From NCBI GenBank assembly GCA_002189035.1, contig CM007989.1, positions 3,534,001 through 3,598,000 of the forward strand: 64,000 bases of DNA, read 5' to 3'. This DNA is from Utricularia gibba. Its lineage: Eukaryota > Plantae > Magnoliophyta. Within the stretch, counting starts at the first letter, position 1. Every line of letters starts with the position of its first letter. This document shows, in pieces, positions 26,301 to 38,597 of the stretch. The position numbers and the translations under genes were made by a program. The notes beneath the pieces are model-generated. The model was not told where the DNA came from. It made no database searches and worked only from the letters and a program-made list of their open reading frames with translations.

Positions 26301-29300
26301 TTCCAGCATTTCGCATTACTTCAGCATAAGATTCTGCACTTTCTACCTAGAAACAAAGTAAAAAACAAAAATAAGAAAGACAGTGACATTAAAAAAATTA
26401 CCCATACAAACGCAGACAAAATTTGAAGAGTTGGTTGGGCACATTGAAGAAATTTCGGAATCATGAAAAATCATCATGCATTTTTAAGGCTAAATTACTA
26501 GATATAAAATGGTTTTCTATATCGAAGATTCTAGATTTATTTAATAGATAGCAGATATTTAGCCGTACCATAATAGTGGCCAAAGGAGTATTCCTAAGAC
26601 CATGGGACACATTGCCACTGCAAAACATAAACTGGAATAAGAACAGACCAAAGCTTGAGAAAATTTCCAAAATGAGTATAAAAACACAAAAATGAAATGA
26701 AAACATTCAAAATCCTCATTTTCTATGTTTGATAGCTTAAGAATGACGTTTTAGTTTTTGTTGGAGTACGAGGTCCTACACCATCATCTACCAATATATG
26801 GTACATTAGGAAACTGCCGTAAATGAATAGTCCGGGTTAGAAAATATTTAATTAGAGACCTATTTAATCGAGAAACTACAACAAAAATATGATAGTATGT
26901 AACAGATGAAAGGAAACCATAAAGAAGATTTAATTCCTTCATCTGTGTCCTAGAGTCTTGCCTTAAAAGGCCAGAAAATGTAAAGGGGATGACCACATCT
27001 CCATGCAGAGCTAATAGCCATCTGATTGGTCGACTAAACATAACCTGAAATAACAAAATCCAATGATAAGGAGCTCAATCATTGGTCCGGTGCCTCTAGA
27101 TGTATAAACTCATATTCAGAAAACAAAGATGAGAAATATTGGAATGAAATACAAGAAATGGAAGTACAGAATCATGAAAGCGTGAAACAGCATTGCGATA
27201 CATATGTTCAACATTTGGAGTGTATTTCCCATGCAATCATTTAATAAAACATATCGATACATCTACGAACCAGAGCGGTTCTTATACTTAGACCTCCTGC
27301 CAGATGATTTTTTAGTCATGCAAGGTAATTTGAGGCCAAACTGTATAGCTAGCTACACAAACCTCTGAATTCCAACGCATGGATTTCTGGAATGCAATTT
27401 TATTAAGCACAGTAGGCAACTCTTCAGATAAAACCTGATCGAGCCAAGACAAATGTAGTATTTAGAAAAAAATGTTCATAAAAGGACCCTATAAACTTCA
27501 AAAGGATGACTTTTCTTCAACATCTAAAAGTATCAAGTTACCTCCAAAGCAGAAAGTGACGTCTCCATTGTAGTCACAAAGACAAACTCCATTTTTCCTG
27601 CCATGGTTATGCTGGAAAAAATGAGACGGAGAGAAATGGGAAGGGGAAAACTAGATCTCGGGCATAGCCAGACTCGTTACCTTCAACCTTTCTATACAAG
27701 GAGCTCAGAGGCACTCCATATTTGCGACAAAAACCATAGGCCGCCTACCAATACATGTTAGTGATCACAATGTTAGTCAAACGAAAACACCTGATGTGTA
27801 TAGTAATCAAAACGCTAACTAGAAATGGGATAACAATAATGACCTTGGTTGGATTTCCTTGTTCATCAAATGCTTTATTTACTGGAGGCCCCCGGACCTC
27901 AACTTGATTTCCCACCTGCTTCTCCACGAGGTCACTCACATAGACCTGTGTAAATCAAAGGTACATTGAACTGTAAACGGAATACCTCCACCCCAGTCCC
28001 CCACCAAAAAGCAGAATTTGAGAGAAACTGAGTTAGAGTTTCTCCATACCACAATTCTGCGTGGTGTCCCATATGTATGCACGTCTCCATGAGCCAATCT
28101 CTGCTTATCAAGAACCTGCTTAACTAGGTCCTTGAGCTACATAAGAAAGAATTCTTGTTACATGTGGAAAACCCCAAAAAGTACATGAAAATTGCTACTT
28201 ATAGAATTCATTGAAAATCTATATAAGGGAGTCACTAGAAAGAAGGCACTGGATCTTGTATGGATCAAAACTAAAATCAGCATGCAGTACTACAAACAAA
28301 GAAACTCAACAGTACCTGGTTGCATGCATTCACCACATCATTTGGGGGCAATTCCTCAGTTCCAATCTCAAGAACAAACGCCCTAGGGCTTCCAGAGACC
28401 TGCATAAAGTGAAGAAGGAAGAACAATCAATTCCTTGGTTTACAAGTATAACATTGGAAAAACTAAACCACAAACTATCGCTAACTATAATGATTTTTAT
28501 ATTGAAAAGTTAGATTTATTATCTGGTATTAGATGGAAAAAGACCAAATGATTTAAAAAATTTCCAGCAGATGGCCATAAGCATTGAGATAATACGAATC
28601 AGGCTCTCCAGACAAACCTTTTTCTCAAATTCTTCAATGACGCTTTTCTCAAAGGAAGCATTGCAAGGATAAGAGTAAATGCCCAAAGGGTGTCCCAGAG
28701 ATTCCCGTGTCTTTGACCATAACTGTGCACACTGACGAGCTAAACTGCACAACAGAAATGGAGAAGTTTCGCACGACTTTTCTAAAACTCTCACATAAAA
28801 AACAAACATAATCATTCACATTCAATGCTGGGGAGAGCTTAAACAAAAAGAAATACAGCAAACAACATATTTCACAAGGGTCATAATAAAATATGGGTAC
28901 GAACCCACGCATCCGACCAAAATAACGGGCCCGCTCTGTTACACCAACAAAGCCTCTAGAATCTAGTACATTAAAGGCATGAGATGTCTTCAAAAGCTGG
29001 TCATATCTGACATTGATGTTAAGGATAGAAATTCATTTCAATTGAAACTTGATGCAACATTCATATAAAGAAACAGAAAGCCACTAAAAAGTGATACGCA
29101 GGAATTGCAAGGCCTTTATCAAGCAGGCGTCGAGCTTCAGACTCAAATAAATCAAAGTGATTCTGAATGTGATCCACGCTAGCATGTTCCAGATAATATG
29201 AACTCATTTCCTTCCTGAAACATATGGAATAAGCATAAATATCTTCCCCTTGGAAAGTTCCACTACCCCAGTGCGACCATAATTCCATAAAGATACTGGC

Positions 29301-31829
29301 ATTTCATGAACATGAAAAAAAAATTTATTCCTCCAAATATTCCTAGAAGGAGATGGAAAATGTAAAACACTTTCATTTATCCATCCAAAAGTGTGGGGTT
29401 AATCCCTCATGAACAAAATTTTGAAAGGAGGCAATGCATATATTTTTCAAAACCAACTCAGCGACACATACTGGTAGATGATAAAAAAAAGAAGCTCCAA
29501 AGCATGAAATGACCAAACAAATGAATCAGCGCTATGAAGAAAATGTGAAATGTTGATTAGCTTATTAACTCATTTTCTAGAAACAACTCTCCGTAAGTTA
29601 TCCCATCTGCATATTGAATTTTCTTGAAATGGTCAACACCCTGCAATAGGAAATCGATTCAAATAAAGTTTTCTCAAAAAAATAACATAGAAATAAGAGC
29701 AAGGGTACATGAGGGACCTGAAGCAGCATAAGGATCCTTTCTAAACCATACGTAATCTCCACAGAGACAGGCATCAATTGGATACTTCCAGCCTAGGTAT
29801 GAATGCAAATTTTGGTCGGGAACACGCTGAGTATCATTATATCATGTACAACTTCAAATTCTGAATAAATTAGAGTTATAATATGGATACAAGGTGCAGA
29901 GACCTGCTGGAAATAGGTGAACTGAGTAATCTCCATCCCATCCATCCAGATTTCCCAGCCCAAACCCCATGCACCTAATACCTACGCAGTTTAGATCACA
30001 GTGAAGCCCAGAACTCTCGTATGCATGAAAACACATTTCATGAGGTAAAAGAATGAATAGCATAAAAACCTTCTAGAACCTGTGGACAAACATACATGTG
30101 ATGCAGAAGTAAAAGAATACTCACCGGGCTCTCCCAGTTGTCTTCGACAAAACGAATGTCATGATCATGTATGTTAATACCTGTCAACCAAGAACATTTA
30201 ATGGAAAAAGAACACGCACAAAGAATAAACTGATGAAGAGGTAACATTAGAAGACTAAGTACGGTAAAAAGCTAGCGCTAATTCCTTTTTTTACAGAATA
30301 CAGCTAAAAGAAGTGACCTAAGGCTGATAAGCTGCGAATGAATAAGTCCTGTGAATTCCCAGGATCTGGCTTCAATATTACCTGAGATAATTTTAAAGAG
30401 AGCAGTAGTAAAAAACACACAAGATAAGAACAGAATCCTACATACCTTCGAATTTAATAACCAGAAAAGACCAATTCTTACCTGAAATTGGGTATGTCTC
30501 TGAAGCCTATTTGGGTTTTCACCATAACGACTATCATCTGGCCGGATGCTAGGTTCTACATACCTACCACCAAAAACATACGGTGAGCCAGCTTATTTAA
30601 AATAGAAAAGGCTGAAGACAGCAAAAAAATTTCCCAACTTCAAAAAAACCAAAAAATTCATTGATTATAGTTTTCCCCCAATGCTAGTTCAGTTCGTTCC
30701 AATTTTGAAATGTCAAGGATTAAGACAGGTTCAATCAACTACAACACAAGCGCTCAATGCATATTAGACATGCCAGACATGTTTTAGGCGAGTGGTGCTG
30801 CCCTGTTTGTGTTGGGAACAGCATCAGATGCATTTGAAAGCTGGGGTGGATCACAGACACGAATTTATGCAGAAGAATGGTAGTAAAGGCATACTTACGC
30901 AACATTCCATGGTTCTGGACCAAGAACTCTTAGAAATGTAAGTGGATTCATTGTCCCAGCACCAACCTGCGTGAAAGAAAAATATGGATCATATTAATGA
31001 AATTAGAAAAAAAATATACTCATACGAAAATAGGTTCAAAAAATCAACATGCCACAAGACCGTAAACAAGGAAAATTGAAATGAGAACATAAAGGAGTAT
31101 TATAATGAAAACTTATGCCTCGGAATACCCGCTAAAACGTTACTAGGAAAAGGCTAAATCGGCCACGTTGAAAGATTTACATTTCTCGAGCACTATACAT
31201 GGATAGGTTCCAGTACCTCGGTATTGCTGCATTGCATAACAGCACATCCCACAGAAGCCCAATATTCCTGGAAACGAAAATCCAAACACCTAAAGAATCC
31301 GCATGAAGCATCATAATTGTGGGCCAAGTTTCTTTTCTGGGCCAAAAATAATTGCACAACAATAGAAAATACTAGTGAATTATCATAAGCTCTTCACTTC
31401 ATCACTCGCAAGAAGAACGAAGTGTCAAAAGAAAGACATGTAAGAAGAAATATCCACATCCGCACAATATACGAACAAATGTAACAGTTCAAAAAAACGA
31501 TTTTTATACACGTAATCAACCCACTTCACAGAAACGGTAAAACGCAGCAAGAAAACTGAATAAACCTGGAGACGTTGAACCGCCTGCTGGAAAGTAAGAA
31601 CTGGAGACGCCGATAGCTTCTCGCTCGCCTCCGCCAATTCAGCGGAAACCGCGGGTGAAAAGCCCAGGGAGGCCACAGATGATGAGAAGCGGCGCTTTTG
31701 CCGGAAAATGAGTGAAGAATCAACATTATAGCTGCGGCCGAAGTTCACGATGACAGACAGCTGGTTTGTGAAGCTCTTGGGCGGCTTCTTCAGAATAGAA
31801 GTCACCAGCGGCAACGAGAGTACCGCCAT
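23371..31829 (-). CDS. EDD1: Glycine--tRNA ligase 2, plastid/mitochondrial (fused alpha+beta bacterial type), many exons
   Basis: Transit peptide, then [11 protein letters not shown]|[72 protein letters not shown], ending [27 protein letters not shown]. Confidence 0.96.
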
Positions 31830-32673
31830 TGTGACCGGAGGAGCGGATGAAGAGGAAGATGGATCAAGGAATTAGCGCGAGGCAAAGAAGATATTTTTTG
31901 ATAAAATCGTGAGAGCCAGAGGCGTTAGCGTTTTCAAGACAGAGAGGCCAGCCCAAGCTTGACTTATAAACCGGATCCAGTCCGACAACCAGCTTTAAAA
32001 TTAAATAATATTATTTTATTTTTCATTTACTAAATTCTGCTAGATATCCATTTGTATTAAAATTAAATTAAAAATATATAAATATAAATATCAAACTCCT
32101 CCACATCATATCAAGATAAATTAAAAAAATGATTATACATTAGATATATGACAAAAATGATCATCTTATGTATAATTTTTTTTCTCAACATAATAGAAAG
32201 TGATCAATTTTTTAAATGAATCGATCAGAACATCTTCCCCAAATATTTATTTTTTATAATAAATTTCTAATTAATGAATTTTAAGATGCATAATAAAAGG
32301 ATTCAAGCAAACTCATCGGCGCCTACTACATTTAAATTTGAAATGGCTTCATTCTTCGTTTCCACTCTTCCTGTCTTCGGAGGTATGATCCTTGATTTCT
32401 CTGTTGTCTCCATGTTGATCATGTGTGCTGATAATGAATCTGTTATTCTTTCTGTATTCTGGAATCAAAATCATCCGTGTTTTCAATCGGTGGTTCAGCA
32501 ATTCCTGGAGTCCAGGCTTCACTGGTCGATTTGTTGGTTTGTGAAAGCTTTTCGTTAATGGTTATGTTCGATTCTCCATGCAGCAATTTTTAGGCGTTGA
32601 AGAGCTTCTGGATTGAGGCATACGTTTTTTGGCCTCTAGAAGGGTGAGGCAGAGAAAGGGGGGTTGCCGTGAG

Positions 32674-34453
32674 ATGGAAGAATCAAGGGAAAGAACGGAG
32701 TATACAAACTGGTTAGCGTCATCTGTTTTCAAATCTTGTGTGCTCTTTTTCCAATTCGTATTCTTGTTGTTCAGGAATCTGAGATCAAGACCTTCAGTGA
32801 TGGTTCAGCTTCATCTCTGTGGAGCACGTTTCACTTGCGACAAGGTGAATATAAAGAAACAAACTTGCTTTTCATTGTTGACTGCTAACTCTATTGTCAA
32901 TCTAGGAGCTACTGGCCTCCAAATCTGCTAAGATATCGAAGATACTCAAAACTAATCCTTACGGAGATCTTTCTCTTTCTCTTCATGACATCCCTGCTGA
33001 TCAAGAAACCATAGAGCTTGTTTTAAGATTCTGCCGTGGTTCCGGGATTCATCTATCACCGGAAAATGTCATTCGTGTCACTTGCGTGGCTTACTATCTT
33101 GGAATGACGGACAGTCATTGCCCTGAAAATCTTCTAAGCAAGGCACTTGTGTTCATGGAGCAGCAAATCCTTACAAGTTGGGGAAATTGCATAAAAGCTC
33201 TCAGGGATTCAGTCAGTGTTCTCCAACAGGCAACGAAGCTTGGCCTGATCAAGTACTGCGTTGAATCCATCATAGAAAAAGTCCGAGCCGATGCTTGTTT
33301 GTTCGGCATGAACATTCTGAAATGCATTGAAGAAGACAGTGAACGCAAGGCAGCTTCATGGAGGAAACGGTTGGATATCAACCGGAAAGTCGAGGACTTA
33401 ACTTCACTTACATTCGAGCTTTATGAAAGTGTAATCCAAGAGATGATCCGGAGTCAAGTCCCCTGGGAGTACATTGCCTTGAATATATGTGAATATGCTA
33501 GAAGATGGATATTTTCACAGGACAACATAGGGGATGATACCTCTATCCATGAAAAGAATGCCATGAGAGGAACGCTTGAAGGCTTGGTAAGAATGCTCCC
33601 GGATGAGAAAGGCATGGTTCCCTGCAGAATTCTGTTCAAGTTTCTGCGGTACGCCATCGCTCTTGACACAAACGTAGAATGCAAGATGCGACTGGAACTC
33701 CGAATCGGAAAACAGCTAGACGAGGCATCTCCCAAAGATCTACTAATACCTTGTCATGGATACGCCAAGGATGAGAAGTTTGATGCTGAATGTGTCAAGA
33801 GGATACTGAAGCATTTCTATTGCAACTACACTAGACAAGACTCTGGAGGGATGATCCACGTTGCTGAGCTGATAGAAGGATTCTTGGCTGAAATCTCAAC
33901 AGATGCAAACATGAAGATCAGCACATTCACAGCATTTGCAGACATGTCAGCCGCAGCATCGATGGGGACGCAGAGACCTTGTGATGGGATTTACAATGCG
34001 ATCGATATTTACCTCGAAACGCATCCTCATCTAACCGGTTCCGAAAGAGAAGAACTCTGCAGTGCTTTGGATTGCAGCAGAATGTCTAGTAAGGCACTAG
34101 AACACATCGCTCAGAATGAGAAGCTGCCGGTTCGACTGATGGTTCAAGCCTTGTTTATCATTCAGCTCGAGCTGCGGAAGACGATCGCCGACGAAGGGAC
34201 CTGTTTCGACAGGAGGGTAGTGAAGCAAGACGAGGTAGATGAAGAAACCAGGTTAGAAATAGAGAAGATGGAGAGCAAAGTGTTGGAGCTGGAGAAAGAA
34301 TGCGATGTGATGAAGAGGGAAATCGAGAGAGGAACTGCAAGGAAGAAGAAAACGAATCTATGGAGTGAGATGAAGAGGAAGTTTGGCTGCGTTGCAACAA
34401 CTCACGACTGCAACTGCCATGTGGAGAAGAAACTGAAAGCTGACTATACATAG
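32674..34453 (+). CDS. BTB/POZ-NPH3 family protein (At5g17580-like), 3 exons (32674-32699, 32775-32844, 32906-34453); first exon tentative
   Basis: VQLHLCGARFTCDK|ELLASKS BTB start, NPH3 domain DGIYNAIDIYLETHPHL...NEKLPVRLMVQALF, C-terminal WSEMKRKFGC. Confidence 0.9.
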
Positions 34454-34785
34454 GAGAAGATGACTTGGTACAGATGCTGAATTTTCACTCTAATTTCGAT
34501 ATTTCATCGAATATTTTTGTTATTTTTCAAATTCATTTGATTTTTTTAATCTTCAAAAATTTCCAACCTTTCCTCTATAATTTCGGATCCGGGTTTGATC
34601 CATTCAACGAGTGAGAGTTATGGAATACCAGGAAAAAAGAATTGAGGAATGCGAGTTCAGGAGGTAATCCCAAGGCGCACGCAATTGTAAGCTGTAGCTC
34701 AAGTTTTTGTAGATATGAACGAAGCGGATTAGCTTAACGACAATCCAAACCGGAAAACGAGATTCTCAGAGCTAGGAAGAAGGCG

Positions 34786-35717
34786 ATGGGTCAAATTCTG
34801 GAGAAGGTACAAGGTACAGAACGGGGAGCCCCTAATTCAAAAATTCATTTCTTGTATTGAGCTCTCCGTGCCTGTTTGATCTTGATTTCTGTAATTAGTC
34901 AACGTTTTGTGGTAGGTTTCTTGGTTAGAATTATTTCTGACTTTTGATCGGTTTTGTTTCTTGTATCCAATTTTGATGGCAATGAAATTGTCTGAGTTTA
35001 TGGGGACAAGCTGGTTGGTATATGGTTTTTGGGTGTACTGTAATGTACGAAGCATTCTCTGAGTAAATTATCGTCTTTCTGCAGGGAAGGGGTGGAAAGA
35101 AGAACAGATAATTAAGATATCCAACAAGGTGTTCGATCGTCTCAAGAACGAATCCGGGGCAGAGAAATTGACGTTCGAGGAGCTCTATATCGGGGTGCTG
35201 CTCGTGTACAAGTGAGCATCTTCTCTTCTGTTTCAGTTTGTTCATCATTCAAATGGCTAGTGTGCCTCAAGAAACTTCCCACAATTTTCTGCAGTGATCT
35301 TAACAAGCGGTTGCCCGGTCCTCATTTTGATCCACCTTCGAGGGACGTGGTTAAGGAGCTAATCAAGGTACTCAAGTGAACTGGATAATGTAGTCTGCAG
35401 AGCGAGAAGACAGTTGAGCTATTCATATGGCAAGTATCCATTGTGCAGAAGTGTGATATAAACCTCGATGGCGAGCTTGACAAAGAGGAGTTTGCAAAGT
35501 TCATCCGCCACATAACGAAGGACGCATTCATTACTGTTAGTCAAGGTCTGATCATCTCACTGGCCGTTGCTCCCACCGTGGCTCTGCTGACAAAAAGAAC
35601 AACGGAAAACTTCCCTGGAGTTGGCAAAGTTGTGCAGAAAATACCAATTCCGTGTACGCTTCTCTCGTCACTCTTGCCATAGTTGCATTCCAACAAGCCG
35701 CAGAAAGGAACGCCTGA
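34786..35717 (+). CDS. Small EF-hand calcium-binding protein (At4g37445-like), multi-exon; 1-nt deletion at 35646-35647
   Basis: MGQILEK|GKGWKEEQ...LTFEELYIGVLLVY|NDLNKRLPGPHFDPPS|CDINLDGELDKEEF...VAPTVAL. Adding one A restores IPNSVYASLVTLA. Confidence 0.85.
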
Positions 35718-36024
35718 ACAGAATACACTGGTACAAAGATGTTTTCTTGATACAAAAAAAACCCTTTTCCGTCATGAATAAGCTGAATCATTCACATGTA
35801 CAGAAAAGTTACTTCGTTCCTTCCAATAATGGGTGGATTTGTCAATATACATCTCTGTGAAAGCTTCATCTCAACATCAAATTAGCTGAGATTTGTCCAT
35901 TATTCACCTTAGCTCATGTACTTCATATTTAACAAGCAACAGTATACAGGAAAACACCAAACAACACTAATAGTATCTATGTATTAAAACAGCTGTATGT
36001 TGCTGGCCATACGAACCACAGGAA

Positions 36025-36807
36025 TCATTTCCACTTGTACCCACCGTGCTTCCAATGCTTTCCATGATGATGGTGATGGCGACCAAAGAATCCCCCATGA
36101 TGATGATGGTGCCCCATGTATCCACCATGATGATGGTGATGGTGGTGGCCATGAGTCAAGTTGTGAAGACCATATGCTGCTGCTGCGGCTGCTGCCCCTC
36201 CCGCTAGAAGGGGTGCGATCCCTCTGGTGCCTGCAGTTTGAGAAGGGATGAGAAATGCAAGCATGTAAAGGAATACTTGGGAGATGACTAATAAAATCCT
36301 CCCTCACAAGAAACGACCAAACTATGCTCACCAATCAATGATCTAAAAAAATACTGTTGCTAACAAGGTAATGGCCAAGAGTGCCAGCCTATACAGGGCT
36401 TATTCAGTAACAGCTGCTTTCGCATAAATTCACAGAAAGCACAAATTTTGAATAAACAACAATGAAAAAAAAGTTACACAGAGAACAACATGATGGAATA
36501 ACAACTGAGCATATGGAAATACCTGAATTATATGGGCCAGGATATCCGGATGCAAGGTACCCATGAGATGGATATCCCGGTGGTGGAGGATAGGCTGTTG
36601 GTGCGTATACATCTGGGTATGGGTATCCAGGCGGAAGATAACCGGGTGAATATCCATATGGAGGATATGCTGGAGGTGGATATGCAGGAGGATAGCCTCC
36701 TTGATTATATGGATAACGCCCTGCAGCACCCAAAGCATATCCTGCAAGGTTTGATAGGAGCCCTTGTCTTGAGTGTTGGGATTTCTGCTATCATTTGCGT
36801 CTCCCAT
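36025..36807 (-). CDS. GPRP: Glycine- and proline-rich protein (GPRP family), 2 coding exons (intron 36231-36522); 1-nt deletion at 36761-36763
   Basis: DKGL motif, XYPP repeats, LLAGGAAAAAAAYG hydrophobic segment, His/Gly-rich tail ending GGYKWK*. Confidence 0.9.
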
Positions 36808-37458
36808 CTTTCCCTGAGTTTTCAAGAATATCAATCAAACAAGAGATGTCACCTCAACTGCAGTATAAGGATACATGATGATCAAGAAGAAAAAAGCAAC
36901 AAGAATCAAATGAAAAACAGAAAGGCATCAACAACTCTACCTCAACTCAACCAAGAAACTAGTCCTTGAAGAAAGTCTCCATAGCAGGTAAGATTGCTTT
37001 TTGACTAGCGTTGCTTAAACGCGTTAACTTGTAGATAGTGACTCCCTTCAGATACATATGAAAGAAAATAGGGAATTAAAAAGTAAAAGATAAAAAACGC
37101 AGGTGAGTCCTCTAGTTCCCATATCTTTCCCTTGCTACTGCTCCAAGACGAAGCACTCACCCAGTCGCAAACAAGCAAATAGATTGATTATTCTCGTTCA
37201 TTTTTTCTGGAAATATTAACAAATGGTCGTGCATACGCTTACAGATGGTACAAAAATATGTTAATTTGAGAAAAGATGCATTTCTTTTTTCCTACAGAAG
37301 ACAGGAGTGGTTTGTTCCGCCAAACAGACGCTTCAAATTTCTAGGAAGCTAAGGGAACATCAAACCAACTCCATGTTAAGTAGTTCCATAAAAGTTAACT
37401 GTTTCCTAATGACAAACTAGGCAGCAAGATGACACGATGATGACTTTCCCGTCTGGAG

Positions 37459-38169
37459 TTAAGTCTTCACAAAATGAGGAGAAAGCAGCTTCGGTATCTC
37501 CAACATCCCAACTTTGTCTTTGCCATCAAACAACTTCTTCAGCTTTACATCGCATATGATCTCCTTCTTGTTGGAGGGTTCTACATTCAAGTCCCACGGA
37601 AGAAGTAAGCATTAATCACAGAAAAAAAAGCCCCATTCGCACTTTGTAAAAAAAAAAAAAAAAGATGTGCAGTTCAACGATATATTTATCTGCGAATAAA
37701 CCAACAAACATTCACTCAAAGAATGAAGCTTGAAACTTGTTCTTGGAGCAACACACTAACAGCACATTTGTAAAAATTCTATCAATGGTGGGAACACCAC
37801 TAGTTTGAAAGTCGTTTCCAACAACGGCAATAGACTGCATGTCGAAAGAACGCATAAAATGAAAAAAAAAAATACAAGTTAATCTTGGATACAGGGATGA
37901 CTTTCGTTAACCTGGAGATTCTGGAATTTAATATACTCCCAGACTTTCTTCAAAGCTTCAGCACGAGAAATCTCCGGCGAACCAAGAAAGCTTTGAAGGG
38001 CGTAGGATACAGGGATGACTTTCGTTAACCCGGAGTTGTGAACTTTCTTCTCCCCTTCCGCTGTCGAATGTTTCTCAGCAGAAAACACCGTCTGTGAACC
38101 CCTAGCAGCATACCATGCGGCGGCGACAGAAGCCCTAGTTCGTCGAATAAGCATGCTCAAAGTCGCCAT
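37459..38169 (-). CDS. Stand-alone SWIB/MDM2-domain protein, probably organelle-targeted, 2 exons (intron 37581-37911)
   Basis: Arg/Ser/Ala-rich N-terminus; VSYALQSFLGSPEISRAEALKKVWEYIKFQNLQ|NPSNKKEIICDVKLKKLFDGKDKVGMLEIPKLLSPHFVKT*. Confidence 0.9.
37887..38035. repeat. 31-bp near-perfect direct repeat (37887-37917 and 38005-38035)
   Basis: GGATACAGGGATGACTTTCGTTAACC(T/C)GGAG, 30/31 identical, 118 bp apart. Confidence 0.95.
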
Positions 38170-38597
38170 TTTTCTCAGTTTCTTGGAATTGGAGAAGCTC
38201 CCTCACTGGTTTCAAAAGATGGGAGAATTCAAATACCCGGAAAAAAATTAAATTTGGCGTTAAAGTGAAAAAAACAATTGGGCTGGGCTTCGAACTACTA
38301 ATTGGGTCTGTGGTTTAAAGAGGCCCATATTAAATATCACGAGTGGGTATGAAGTCCTGATTTGTTCCTCCCTCCTTCCATATCGAACAGAATTGCTGTT
38401 TCTTATCCTCTCAACTTATCCTTTCCGCCATTCCATCTTCTAACTTGTTAAAGTGGAAGAATTTACTTTGTATCTGTTCGTGTTTCGTGGGTTTTTATTG
38501 AATTCTGGAGAACGGAGGAAGAAGGCTGGTGGTGAAATGCTGATGAAGTTTCGTACTATTGATGAGTATATATGTTTGTGGATGAATTTATAGAAGG
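38170..38597. promoter_or_regulatory. Putative bidirectional promoter between SWIB and SIG2 with site II (TGGGCY) elements
   Basis: Head-to-head start codons 428 bp apart; TGGGCT at 38279 and 38284, AGGCCCA at 38321. Confidence 0.55.

Noticed and set aside
37887-38035. CRISPR-like interpretation of the 31-bp direct repeat
   Set aside because: Only two copies, inside a eukaryotic gene, with no cas genes.
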